Origin: Limnochordia bacterium
Lineage (GTDB): Bacteria > Bacillota > Limnochordia > DTU080
Assembly (NCBI GenBank): GCA_050951545.1
Contig: JBMNJG010000004.1
Coordinates: forward strand, 125,406-189,405
Length of the DNA: 64,000 nt
Direction of reading: 5' to 3'
Shown here piece after piece: positions 11,120-20,583 of the stretch. Numbering within the stretch: position 1 is the stretch's first letter; the number at the start of each line of letters is the position of its first letter. The notes under the pieces are model-generated. The model made no database searches. It had not been told where the DNA came from and saw nothing but the letters and a program-made list of their open reading frames with translations. Position numbers and translations under genes: made by a program.

Positions 11120-12166
11120 CTACGCAAGCCAACGGCGCATGAACGGCCATATGCCCGCCTTGTAGTATCGGTGACCACCCTCGCCAGTGTAGAGCTCACA
11201 GCGCTCGCCCACACCAGCTGCCGTATACGCTTCTTTCACCCTCTCGAATGCAGCCTGTGTAGCTTCATAGGGGAAGATGGGGTCTGTGCGGCCAGCTACG
11301 GCCAAAAAGGCGCGAGGGGCAGTGAGGCTGGCCACGTCATACATCTCGGCAACGGCCAACAGGCCTGGCACGTAGTTGCATTCGCAGTGGCGTATAGAAC
11401 CGATAGAGTGCTCGAACGTACAGAAATAAGAGGATGGAGCGCTAACCGTGATTCGCTCGTCACAGGCGCCAGCGAACAGGGAGACGGTACCGCCACCCGA
11501 GTTTCCTGTGACAGCGACCCGCGAAGTGTCAATCTCAGGGCGCGTGGTCGCGTAATCGATCAAACGCATCACATCCCAGACACGCTCACCAATCAAGGTT
11601 CTGCCAAACATCATGGCGTGCATTTGCATTGTGCGACAGGAGTTGTTCGCATCCTTGTCGATCTCAGGTTGGCGGCGCAGCCCCGCGAAACCTCGCATGT
11701 CAGGGGCGATAGCCACATAGCCTTCGCGCACAGCCTGCAAGGCGACATCACGTTCACCAGCTTCTAGGTCTTTGCGCTCAGCTTCAGTCTCCCACATCCC
11801 AACGTACGTCTTTTTCGCCGCTTTTCCGTGACCGTGGGGAGTAATGACGAGCGGAAGGGCTCCGTCTTGTGTTTTGGGGCGCAGCAGATAGAAGGGCACC
11901 ATAAAGCCCGGCTCCGTCTCTAGTGTCCACTCTTCGCGGAGATGATCGTCCATCTCCTCAGTCCCTATTTGCCGGGCTACAGGGGCATTGCTGCAACGAG
12001 CAGAGATTCTGTTGAGCCCCAGGAGTTTGTGCAGATACGGTCGGAAATCGCGCTGCCAGGCCTCGAATTCCGCTTTCGTCTTGGCGCGGCAGGCGAAAGG
12101 ACGGTAGCTCTCCGACGCGAGTACGTGTACATAGTTATCCGGTGTGAGCTGCAAGGTTTCGGTCAT
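11120..12166 (-). CDS. Alpha/beta hydrolase (esterase/dienelactone-hydrolase-like)
   Basis: GNSGGG nucleophile elbow. Start reset to ATG 12166 (MTETLQL) with GGAGG RBS. The track's N-terminal extension looks non-coding. Confidence 0.6.
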   Translation of the reverse strand: MTETLQLTPDNYVHVLASESYRPFACRAKTKAEFEAWQRDFRPYLHKLLGLNRISARCSNAPVARQIGTEEMDDHLREEWTLETEPGFMVPFYLLRPKTQDGALPLVITPHGHGKAAKKTYVGMWETEAERKDLEAGERDVALQAVREGYVAIAPDMRGFAGLRRQPEIDKDANNSCRTMQMHAMMFGRTLIGERVWDVMRLIDYATTRPEIDTSRVAVTGNSGGGTVSLFAGACDERITVSAPSSYFCTFEHSIGSIRHCECNYVPGLLAVAEMYDVASLTAPRAFLAVAGRTDPIFPYEATQAAFERVKEAYTAAGVGERCELYTGEGGHRYYKAGIWPFMRRWLA

Positions 12167-12306
12167 ATAGCCCACGCCTCCCTTTCTAAGGAATGGCTTG
12201 ATACCAGAATGGGGTTCTAGTCCAGATGTCGGGATCCTTCCACTCGGCGCAGGAGAAAGGCGTCTTTCCAGGAAATCTGTCGGTGTTTCTCGAGATGCGG
12301 TAGGAT

Positions 12307-14256
12307 GTGAAAGGGGAGCGTCGCTTGGCTCAGGTAGGTTCTGATGCGGTCGTGGCACGCAAGCGAGGGCGCCGCGGACGCGTGGCAGCGCTTGTGGGAG
12401 CATGGTTGGGGCTCGTGGTCTGGGCAGCGGCTAGTTACGCGCCTTTGGATCAGCTAGGCGTGGAACTCTATCGACCGTATTTCCTCCCCTGTGCTACTGT
12501 GCTATCGCTGTGGCTGCCCCTAAGCCGGGCAATTGATTGGGTGCGCACCCGTCGCGTAGAAAGCGGTGCAGTTTACCTGCTCTTGGCCGTCGGTTCGGTT
12601 CTGGCCGGGAGGTGGTCGGATGCGGTGCTTATTCTCAGTGTTGGGACGTCAGTGTCTGCACTCCGTGCCTCATTATGCGAGCGGGCTAGCCAGCCTGTTG
12701 AGATGTGGCAAGAGGTTTTGGATGCCGCTCAGGCTGCAGCGCAGACCTCCAGCCAAGTCACGGATGACGGTGGCCTCGCCACGGTGGTTGTCCCGACAGA
12801 CACGGTGGTCCCATATGATGGTTTCGTCTTGGGCGACGGGGCGTGGGTGGCCTCCTTCTGGGCAGAGTCTCCCACGGTCAGCCTAGAGCCCGAAGACCCA
12901 GTCTTTGCGGGTGATATCAACCTAGGTGATCCACTGAGTCTCGTGGTCGCTCGTAGCGGAGCTGACACGGTGCTCTCTCGCACGGTGGCCATGGGGCAAG
13001 CTGCTCTATGTCAGGGTGAGGGGGCGAATGTGCTGCTCTCTGCACTCAACAGGTGGTCCTTGGTGTGTACCATAGCAGCCGTGGTGATGGCCGTGGGTCT
13101 CCCCGTGCTGTGGGGCGCCTCCGTCAAAAGGGTATTGGTTAGAAGCATGAGTCTCGTGGCGCTAGCGATCCCTGGGGCTTGGTCTGTAGCTGCTGAACTG
13201 CCGCATGTCGCAGCAGTAGGGGCTGCTTTGCGCAGAGGCGTGATTCCTATGTACCAATCGGTTCTTAGTCGAGTTGCTCGGTTGCGAATGCTCGTGGTCG
13301 TGAATGTGACGACGATTACCAGTCGCCAGGCACTGGTCGTCGACGTACTGCCCCTGAAGCCGCAGGCGTGCGCCCCTGATGAACTGCTAACTGTGGCAGC
13401 CGCAGTAGAGACTGCGGCCAGGGCGAGCCATCCTTTTGCAAGAGCCATTCGCCGAGCATCTCGTAACGAAAAGCTTGCTTTGCCGCATGCTGAGCAAGGG
13501 AGGCAGTGGCCTGGTTTGGGTGTTTCAGCTCTCGTGGACGGGCACCATTGCCTAGTGGGCAATGAGGATCTGATGCGGCAACATGGGCTGAACACAGCTG
13601 CCTTAGATCATTTGGTCGCTCAGACGAGAGAGGATGCGTGTGTACCCATCTTCTGTGCCGCCGATGGCCACATCCTTGGCGTGCTAGGTATCAGCGAGAC
13701 GGAGTGTCAAGCGTGGCCGCGCACAAGTGCTCGACTGGAGAAACTCGGAGTGAAATCACTACTGCTCAGCAGTAGTGATTCGGACAGGCAGCAGCGTACT
13801 GCGTGGTTGCCCGCAAACAGCTGGGAAGTGACGCTGCTAGGTGGTCAGGAGCTGTCTACACTACGAGCTTGGGCAGGGCCTGGAGCCGTCATCGGTGTGG
13901 CTGCCGACGTTGACAGCGAACCTACGATGCTTCAGCAAGCTGATCTGGGCATCGGGCTAGGACCGATAGCGCTTCTGGGCGATGAAGGCCAGCTGGCGCT
14001 ACCCAGACGCAATCTTGGTGACCTTCCCTGGCTTATCATGCAGGCGAGGCGTTTGCGGAGGAGGGCTGTCGTGATCGGTCTTGCTGCAGTGCTTTCGCGC
14101 CTAGCGCTGGCAGTGATGGTATTGCGCGGCCACTTCGAGACTCTCCAAGTGGTGCTGTTCGATGGGGCGGCGGCCGTGATACTCACAGGGGCCGCTTGGC
14201 GTCTACTGGGACGTCGATCGCCCAGCATGCCTCGGCCTTCGGCAGCCAGCAAGTAG
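12307..14256 (+). CDS. Degenerate (pseudo-enzyme) P1B-type ATPase homolog; catalytic motifs lost
   Basis: Co-linear with heavy-metal P-type ATPases: TM6 CPC replaced by AIP, TGES by TVSL, DKTGT by NVTTIT, HP present as SHPFARAI, VDGxxxxVGN retained, TGDN by SSSD, GDGxND by ADVDSE. GTG start; start uncertain. Confidence 0.6.
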   Translation: MKGERRLAQVGSDAVVARKRGRRGRVAALVGAWLGLVVWAAASYAPLDQLGVELYRPYFLPCATVLSLWLPLSRAIDWVRTRRVESGAVYLLLAVGSVLAGRWSDAVLILSVGTSVSALRASLCERASQPVEMWQEVLDAAQAAAQTSSQVTDDGGLATVVVPTDTVVPYDGFVLGDGAWVASFWAESPTVSLEPEDPVFAGDINLGDPLSLVVARSGADTVLSRTVAMGQAALCQGEGANVLLSALNRWSLVCTIAAVVMAVGLPVLWGASVKRVLVRSMSLVALAIPGAWSVAAELPHVAAVGAALRRGVIPMYQSVLSRVARLRMLVVVNVTTITSRQALVVDVLPLKPQACAPDELLTVAAAVETAARASHPFARAIRRASRNEKLALPHAEQGRQWPGLGVSALVDGHHCLVGNEDLMRQHGLNTAALDHLVAQTREDACVPIFCAADGHILGVLGISETECQAWPRTSARLEKLGVKSLLLSSSDSDRQQRTAWLPANSWEVTLLGGQELSTLRAWAGPGAVIGVAADVDSEPTMLQQADLGIGLGPIALLGDEGQLALPRRNLGDLPWLIMQARRLRRRAVVIGLAAVLSRLALAVMVLRGHFETLQVVLFDGAAAVILTGAAWRLLGRRSPSMPRPSAASK

Positions 14257-14318
14257 GGGAGGGGAGCAGCAAGCCCCCCAATCGCTGCTCCTAGCGGTAC
14301 GGCGATTGGGGGGGATGA

Positions 14319-15797
14319 TCAGGCATGAGGCCCGCACAGGGTGATTGCCTTGCGAATGCGCTCGAGGCAGCTCTGACGGCCTAGAATCTCCATGCTCTCG
14401 ACGAGCGGCGGGCTAACCAAGCGCCCTGTGATGGCGATGCGCAAGGGCTGGAAAGCATCCCTGGCCTTGACTTCAAGCTGCTCAGCGACACCCCGCACAG
14501 CCGCCTCTAGGTCGGTGGGCTGCCAGGGCGTGTGTGACAGCTTCTCCTCTAGAGTCATGAGAACTCGTTTTGCCTTGGCTGTCAGGGCCTTCTTCACAGC
14601 TTTGGGGTCGTACTGCGGTGGGCAGAAAAAGAAATCGGTGATGGCGCCGATTTCTGACAGCACCTTGATGCGCTCTTGTGCTAAGGCGACCACTTTTTCT
14701 AACCGCTCTAGTTCGATACCTTCGGGAGGCCCAGATAGGTATCCCGCTTTCTGCAGAAAGGGGACACAGGCTTGAGTGAGCTCGTCGATTGGCATCGAGC
14801 GGATGTAGTAGCCGTTGAGCCATTCGAGCTTTGTCAGATCGAAAATCGAGGGCGCTCTTGTGACCCGGTCGAGGCTGAATTCGGCTATCATGCGTTCGCG
14901 GCTTATCTCTTCGTTGCCGTCGACTGGTGACCAGCCCATGAGGACCAGGAAATTCAGCAAAGCTTCGGGCAGGAAACCCTTGTCGCGGTAGTCTCCGACG
15001 AAACTATCGCCGTGGCGTTTGCTGAGTTTCGTACGATCTGAGCCCAGGATGTGACCTACGTGAGCGATAACAGGCGGCTCTGCCCCCAGGGCTTCGTAGA
15101 TCAGGATCTGCTGAGGCGTGTTGCTGATGTGTCCCTCGCCTCGGATGACATGGGTGATGCGCATCTCAATGTCGTCAACGGCCACGGCGAAGTTATAGGT
15201 AGGTACACCGTTGCTGCGCACAATGATCGGGTCGGACATGTCATCGGTAGGGGTCTGTATCTGTCCTCGTAAAATGTCTTCGAAGCAGACCACGCTGCCA
15301 TCGGGAACGCGAAAGCGGATGGTTGGCTGGCGTCCCTCTCGCTCCAGAGCGGCCCTTTGGGTTGCACTCAGATGCAGACAGCGGCGGCTGTACGTGTATC
15401 CCGCGCCCTTCTCTTGCGCCTGGGCTCTCTCGGTAGCAAGCTCTTCTGGCGTGCAGTAGCAGAAGTACGCGTGATCCGATTCGATCAGGCGCTTGGCATA
15501 GCGATCGTAGATGCCTAGCCGCTCCATCTGCCGGTAGGGTCCATAGGCACCGCCTATGTCGGGGCCTTCATCCCAAGTTAGGCCGAGCCAGCGCATCTCA
15601 TTGTAGATCACGCTTTCCCATTCAGGTTTGGATCGCTCTTGGTCGGTATCTTCAAACCGCAGAATAAAAACGCCATTCTGACTGCGGGCAAACAGCCAGT
15701 TGAAAAGCGCTGTATGCAGGTTGCCGACGTGGATGGGCCCCGTGGGAGAAGGTGCCATGCGCACGCGGACCTGTGTCTCCTGTGCCACTCGTATCAC
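14319..15797 (-). CDS. gltX: Glutamate--tRNA ligase
   Basis: HIGH-region APSPTGPIHVGNLHTALFNWLFAR, with FILRFEDTD and a KLSKR-type motif. Confidence 0.9.
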   Translation of the reverse strand: MIRVAQETQVRVRMAPSPTGPIHVGNLHTALFNWLFARSQNGVFILRFEDTDQERSKPEWESVIYNEMRWLGLTWDEGPDIGGAYGPYRQMERLGIYDRYAKRLIESDHAYFCYCTPEELATERAQAQEKGAGYTYSRRCLHLSATQRAALEREGRQPTIRFRVPDGSVVCFEDILRGQIQTPTDDMSDPIIVRSNGVPTYNFAVAVDDIEMRITHVIRGEGHISNTPQQILIYEALGAEPPVIAHVGHILGSDRTKLSKRHGDSFVGDYRDKGFLPEALLNFLVLMGWSPVDGNEEISRERMIAEFSLDRVTRAPSIFDLTKLEWLNGYYIRSMPIDELTQACVPFLQKAGYLSGPPEGIELERLEKVVALAQERIKVLSEIGAITDFFFCPPQYDPKAVKKALTAKAKRVLMTLEEKLSHTPWQPTDLEAAVRGVAEQLEVKARDAFQPLRIAITGRLVSPPLVESMEILGRQSCLERIRKAITLCGPHA

Positions 15798-16142
15798 TCC
15801 TCAGAGTATCCTTCTACGTTGAAACATGGCAGGTGGTAGGTCACCATGCATGATTGTACCATACCGCAATACTGACGCGCTTGGTCTGCTTGCTTTCTGG
15901 CCGCTCCGAGAAAATCGAGTGATGCTGTACGGGTGCACGTCGGCGGCTGCTCTCAGTGTTCGCAGTTTGTGACACAAGCTTGCCACCGATAGTGTACGTT
16001 ACGGCGGTGTCAGGAAGCCTTATTCGAGGTTTAGCTCTGCCGATTTCTCGACATAGAGTCATTGCTATAGGAAGGATACTATGGAGGTCTAAGGGAAATG
16101 TGGAGGTGTAATAGGTAGTTATCAACTGAGGGGGTTGAGACA

Positions 16143-17480
16143 ATGGCGCGTCAGATTCGCTGGTGTTTGGCAGTATGCTTGGTGCTCGCTTTGGTCTGGA
16201 TACCAGGGGCCTTGGCGAAGGAACAGGTGGTCTTAAAGTGGACCACATGCTGTGGGCAGGTGGATCGCCACGAGCTGTTTCAGTCGTGGGCACGGCGCTA
16301 TGAGTCCCGTAATCCAGGAATAAAAGTCGAGTGGGAGTACCCTTCTGGTAGCTATGGGGCCGTATTGTTAACGCGAATCGTTGGGGGTGCGGGCCCTGAT
16401 GTGATGTGGATCGGAGGTGCCTACTCAGAGCTGGCCGACCTATTCGCCTCAGTTGACGACATGCGCACGCGCACTGGTGGGCCACTGCGCGATGTCATGC
16501 CTTCGGTGTTTCCCCTGTTCTCGTGGGGAGGGAAGCTAGGTGCTGCACCCTACGGGGCCAACACAGTGCCGTTCTTCATCAACCAGCGCCTCTTCGCTGA
16601 GGCAGGTCTCCAGGTACCGTCACCCAGCTGGACCTGGGATGATTTCCTGGTCTTGATCAAGCGTCTTACGGCGGATCTCGATGGCGATGGCGAGCCCGAC
16701 AGATGGGGCTTTGATATTCGTTCCGGTGGGTACCAAGGTACTGCGGTGTCGTGGGGGGGAGCACCGTTCACCCCGGACGGACGAAAGGTGGCCTTCAACA
16801 ACCCCATTACGGTTGGGGTTACGCAGATTATCGTGGATCTGGTGACCAACAAGCACGGGCCCTATCAGTTACCTGCAGGCCGGGGTGACTTCGCGGCCGT
16901 AGCTAGGTCAGGTGCGGCGGCCATTGTGGCGGGCGGTGTCTGGGGGGTTCCTGCTCTGCGTCAGTTGCCCGAGGATGAATGGGAGGGCATCATCTTCCCT
17001 GGTTATGAGTATCAGGGTGAGCGATATCACGGCACGTATCTCTCAGGAGAGGCGTGGGCCATCTCAAACACAACACCCTACCCAGCAGAGGCTCGGCGCT
17101 TTGTGGAGTTCTTGCTGGATAAGGAGCAGATGCGCGAGTTCGCTCGTCTGGGCGGCATCATCCCCACCCAGCAAGCGGTGGCTCGGGAGTTCTTCCACCC
17201 ATCGACCTCGAAGCCACAAAATATGGCGGCATTCTTGGATTGCCTCGAGGTGGGCAAGCCTCTCTGGAACACCCACCCCGCTGGTAATGAGGTGATTACC
17301 CGGTCAGGTACGGTCTGGTCAGACCTCTGGGCAGGTAGACTGCCTGCCATCACAGCTTACGAGCAGATGGAAGTGATTGGGAACGCCGTCTTGGCCGACT
17401 TTCTGGGCAAAGAAGCAGTAAGGTATTCTCTAGGCGGTCCGTCTCATTCTATAATGACAAGTATGGTTGACGCCTGCTGA
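16143..17480 (+). CDS. ABC transporter substrate-binding protein (family 1, sugar-type), copy 1 of array; divergent, C-terminus frameshifted relative to copies 2-4
   Basis: Signal peptide then KEQVVLKWTTCCGQ... Roughly 85-90% identity to copies 2-4 judged by eye. A 1-nt difference (tttctggg vs ttttggg) removes the canonical stop and extends the ORF 20 codons through the terminator hairpin. Confidence 0.7.
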   Translation: MARQIRWCLAVCLVLALVWIPGALAKEQVVLKWTTCCGQVDRHELFQSWARRYESRNPGIKVEWEYPSGSYGAVLLTRIVGGAGPDVMWIGGAYSELADLFASVDDMRTRTGGPLRDVMPSVFPLFSWGGKLGAAPYGANTVPFFINQRLFAEAGLQVPSPSWTWDDFLVLIKRLTADLDGDGEPDRWGFDIRSGGYQGTAVSWGGAPFTPDGRKVAFNNPITVGVTQIIVDLVTNKHGPYQLPAGRGDFAAVARSGAAAIVAGGVWGVPALRQLPEDEWEGIIFPGYEYQGERYHGTYLSGEAWAISNTTPYPAEARRFVEFLLDKEQMREFARLGGIIPTQQAVAREFFHPSTSKPQNMAAFLDCLEVGKPLWNTHPAGNEVITRSGTVWSDLWAGRLPAITAYEQMEVIGNAVLADFLGKEAVRYSLGGPSHSIMTSMVDAC

Positions 17481-17495
17481 TTAGCGGGCGTCAAC
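17466..17495 (+). terminator. Intrinsic-terminator-like hairpin after SBP copy 1 (gttgacgcctgc/gcgggcgtcaac, loop tgatta), followed by attatctcttt
   Basis: 12-bp stem with one G-U pair. Repeated identically at 18946..18975 and 20426..20455. Confidence 0.5.
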
Positions 17496-17623
17496 ATTAT
17501 CTCTTTGCATAGTTGCTAGACAATGGGGGTCGTAGGTAGAAGGAGATCAATAGAGTCGAAGGGAAACAGGGAGGTGAAATTGTCAGCTATCAAAGCTATC
17601 AGATCGAGGGGGGTTATCACAGA

Positions 17624-18901
17624 ATGACGCGTCCGATTCGCTGGTGTTTGGCACTGTACTTGGTGCTCGCTTTGGTTTGGATACCAGGGGCCTTGGCGAA
17701 GGAACAGGTGGTCTTGAAGTGGACCACATGCTGTGGGCAACTGGATCGTCACGAGCTGTTTCAGTCGTGGGCGCGCCGCTATGAATCTCGTAATCCGGGA
17801 GTTAAGGTGGAGTGGGAGTACCCTGCTGGGAGCTATGGGAACGTGTTGCTGACCCGGATCGTTGGCGGCGCGGGACCTGACGTCATGTGGATCGGGGGCG
17901 CCTACTCACAGTTAGCTGACCTATTCGCCTCTGTGGAAGACATGCGAACGCGCGCTGGGGGGCCGCTGCGTGAGGTCATGCCCCAGGTATTCCCTCTTTT
18001 CACTTGGGGAGGGAAGCTGGGTGCGGCACCTTACGGGGCGAACACGGTGCCGTTCTTTGTCAACCAACGCCTTTTCGCTGAAGCAGGTCTGAGAATACCT
18101 CCACCCAACTGGACCTGGGATGATTTCCTCGTCTTGGTCAAGCGTCTTACTGTGGATCTCGATGGCGATGGCCAGCCCGATCGATGGGGTTTTGACATCC
18201 GCTCCGGAGGATACCAGTTGACCGCGCTCTCCTGGGGAGGAGCACCCTTCTCGCCTGACGGGCGCAAGGTGGCCTTCAATAACCCCATCACGGTTGGGGC
18301 TACACAAACTCTCGCAGATCTAGCAAACAACAGACACGGCCCCTATCAGTTGCCAGCAGGCCGAGGTGACTTCGCGGCAGTGGCGAGGTCTGGCGTGGTG
18401 GCTGTCGTAGCGGGCGGTGTCTGGGGGGTTCCTGCTCTGCGTCAGTTGCCCGAGGATGAATGGGAGGGCATCGTCTTTCCTGCCTATGAATATCAGGGTG
18501 AGCGCTATCACGGCTCCTATCTGTCAGGTGAGGCGTGGGCGATCTCTAACACAACACCATACCCAGAAGAAGCACGGCGGTTCGTAGAGTTCCTGCTGGA
18601 GAAGGAGCAGATGCGTGAGTTCGCCCGTCTGGGCGGCATCATTCCGACCCAGCAGTCGGTGGCCCGGGAGTTCTTCCACCCATCGACCTCGAAGCCACAA
18701 AACATGGCGGCATTCTTGGATTGCCTCGAGGTGGGCAAGCCTCTATACAATATCCACCCCGCTGGAAATGACATCATCTCCCGGTCTGGTCCGGTCTGGT
18801 CAGAGCTGTGGGCAGGCAGAATGCCCGCCTCTGCGGCACTAGAACAGATGGAGGTGATCGGAAACGCCGTCTTGGCCGACTTTTGGGCAAAGAAGCAGTA
18901 A
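17624..18901 (+). CDS. ABC transporter substrate-binding protein (family 1), array copy 2
   Basis: Translation identical to copy 3. GGGGGG RBS. Secretory signal ALA|KEQ without a lipobox Cys. Confidence 0.75.
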   Translation: MTRPIRWCLALYLVLALVWIPGALAKEQVVLKWTTCCGQLDRHELFQSWARRYESRNPGVKVEWEYPAGSYGNVLLTRIVGGAGPDVMWIGGAYSQLADLFASVEDMRTRAGGPLREVMPQVFPLFTWGGKLGAAPYGANTVPFFVNQRLFAEAGLRIPPPNWTWDDFLVLVKRLTVDLDGDGQPDRWGFDIRSGGYQLTALSWGGAPFSPDGRKVAFNNPITVGATQTLADLANNRHGPYQLPAGRGDFAAVARSGVVAVVAGGVWGVPALRQLPEDEWEGIVFPAYEYQGERYHGSYLSGEAWAISNTTPYPEEARRFVEFLLEKEQMREFARLGGIIPTQQSVAREFFHPSTSKPQNMAAFLDCLEVGKPLYNIHPAGNDIISRSGPVWSELWAGRMPASAALEQMEVIGNAVLADFWAKKQ

Positions 18902-18945
18902 GGTATTCTCTAGGCGGTCCGTCTCATTCTATAATGACAAGTATG

Positions 18946-18975
18946 GTTGACGCCTGCTGATTAGCGGGCGTCAAC
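18946..18975 (+). terminator. Same hairpin, copy after SBP 2
   Basis: Identical sequence, part of the 1480-bp repeat. Confidence 0.5.
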
Positions 18976-19103
18976 ATTATCTCTTTGCATAGTTGCTAGA
19001 CAATGGGGGTCGTAGGTAGAAGGAGATCAATAGAGTCGAAGGGAAACAGGGAGGTGAAATTGTCAGCTATCAAAGCTATCAGATCGAGGGGGGTTATCAC
19101 AGA

Positions 19104-20381
19104 ATGACGCGTCCGATTCGCTGGTGTTTGGCACTGTACTTGGTGCTCGCTTTGGTTTGGATACCAGGGGCCTTGGCGAAGGAACAGGTGGTCTTGAAGT
19201 GGACCACATGCTGTGGGCAACTGGATCGTCACGAGCTGTTTCAGTCGTGGGCGCGCCGCTATGAATCTCGTAATCCGGGAGTTAAGGTGGAGTGGGAGTA
19301 CCCTGCTGGGAGCTATGGGAACGTGTTGCTGACCCGGATCGTTGGCGGCGCGGGACCTGACGTCATGTGGATCGGGGGCGCCTACTCACAGTTAGCTGAC
19401 CTATTCGCCTCTGTGGAAGACATGCGAACGCGCGCTGGGGGGCCGCTGCGTGAGGTCATGCCCCAGGTATTCCCTCTTTTCACTTGGGGAGGGAAGCTGG
19501 GTGCGGCACCTTACGGGGCGAACACGGTGCCGTTCTTTGTCAACCAACGCCTTTTCGCTGAAGCAGGTCTGAGAATACCTCCACCCAACTGGACCTGGGA
19601 TGATTTCCTCGTCTTGGTCAAGCGTCTTACTGTGGATCTCGATGGCGATGGCCAGCCCGATCGATGGGGTTTTGACATCCGCTCCGGAGGATACCAGTTG
19701 ACCGCGCTCTCCTGGGGAGGAGCACCCTTCTCGCCTGACGGGCGCAAGGTGGCCTTCAATAACCCCATCACGGTTGGGGCTACACAAACTCTCGCAGATC
19801 TAGCAAACAACAGACACGGCCCCTATCAGTTGCCAGCAGGCCGAGGTGACTTCGCGGCAGTGGCGAGGTCTGGCGTGGTGGCTGTCGTAGCGGGCGGTGT
19901 CTGGGGGGTTCCTGCTCTGCGTCAGTTGCCCGAGGATGAATGGGAGGGCATCGTCTTTCCTGCCTATGAATATCAGGGTGAGCGCTATCACGGCTCCTAT
20001 CTGTCAGGTGAGGCGTGGGCGATCTCTAACACAACACCATACCCAGAAGAAGCACGGCGGTTCGTAGAGTTCCTGCTGGAGAAGGAGCAGATGCGTGAGT
20101 TCGCCCGTCTGGGCGGCATCATTCCGACCCAGCAGTCGGTGGCCCGGGAGTTCTTCCACCCATCGACCTCGAAGCCACAAAACATGGCGGCATTCTTGGA
20201 TTGCCTCGAGGTGGGCAAGCCTCTATACAATATCCACCCCGCTGGAAATGACATCATCTCCCGGTCTGGTCCGGTCTGGTCAGAGCTGTGGGCAGGCAGA
20301 ATGCCCGCCTCTGCGGCACTAGAACAGATGGAGGTGATCGGAAACGCCGTCTTGGCCGACTTTTGGGCAAAGAAGCAGTAA
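19104..20381 (+). CDS. ABC transporter substrate-binding protein (family 1), array copy 3
   Basis: Identical to copy 2 at the sampled nucleotides and in the full translation. Confidence 0.75.
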   Translation: MTRPIRWCLALYLVLALVWIPGALAKEQVVLKWTTCCGQLDRHELFQSWARRYESRNPGVKVEWEYPAGSYGNVLLTRIVGGAGPDVMWIGGAYSQLADLFASVEDMRTRAGGPLREVMPQVFPLFTWGGKLGAAPYGANTVPFFVNQRLFAEAGLRIPPPNWTWDDFLVLVKRLTVDLDGDGQPDRWGFDIRSGGYQLTALSWGGAPFSPDGRKVAFNNPITVGATQTLADLANNRHGPYQLPAGRGDFAAVARSGVVAVVAGGVWGVPALRQLPEDEWEGIVFPAYEYQGERYHGSYLSGEAWAISNTTPYPEEARRFVEFLLEKEQMREFARLGGIIPTQQSVAREFFHPSTSKPQNMAAFLDCLEVGKPLYNIHPAGNDIISRSGPVWSELWAGRMPASAALEQMEVIGNAVLADFWAKKQ

Positions 20382-20425
20382 GGTATTCTCTAGGCGGTCC
20401 GTCTCATTCTATAATGACAAGTATG

Positions 20426-20455
20426 GTTGACGCCTGCTGATTAGCGGGCGTCAAC
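20426..20455 (+). terminator. Same hairpin, copy after SBP 3
   Basis: Identical sequence, part of the 1480-bp repeat. Confidence 0.5.
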
Positions 20456-20583
20456 ATTATCTCTTTGCATAGTTGCTAGACAATGGGGGTCGTAGGTAGA
20501 AGGAGATCAATAGAGTCGAAGGGAAACAGGGAGGTGAAATTGTCAGCTATCAAAGCTATCAGATCGAGGGGGGTTATCACAGA

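Noticed and set aside
12566-13595. Alternative-frame ORFs (106-194 aa) inside the pseudo-ATPase gene
   Set aside because: They are embedded in and antisense or out of frame with a 649-aa ORF showing colinear P-type ATPase similarity. This is high-GC frame noise.
17450-17455. Perfect TATAAT hexamer in each SBP intergenic unit
   Set aside because: It lies upstream of the terminator hairpin rather than downstream. No convincing -35 sits at the right spacing, so it is not called as a promoter.
17921-18511. Minus-strand ORFs (128, 99, 63 aa) repeated identically inside every SBP repeat unit
   Set aside because: They are antisense to a well-supported SBP gene, have GC-rich, Arg/Pro-rich composition typical of out-of-frame translation, and recur only because the DNA is duplicated.
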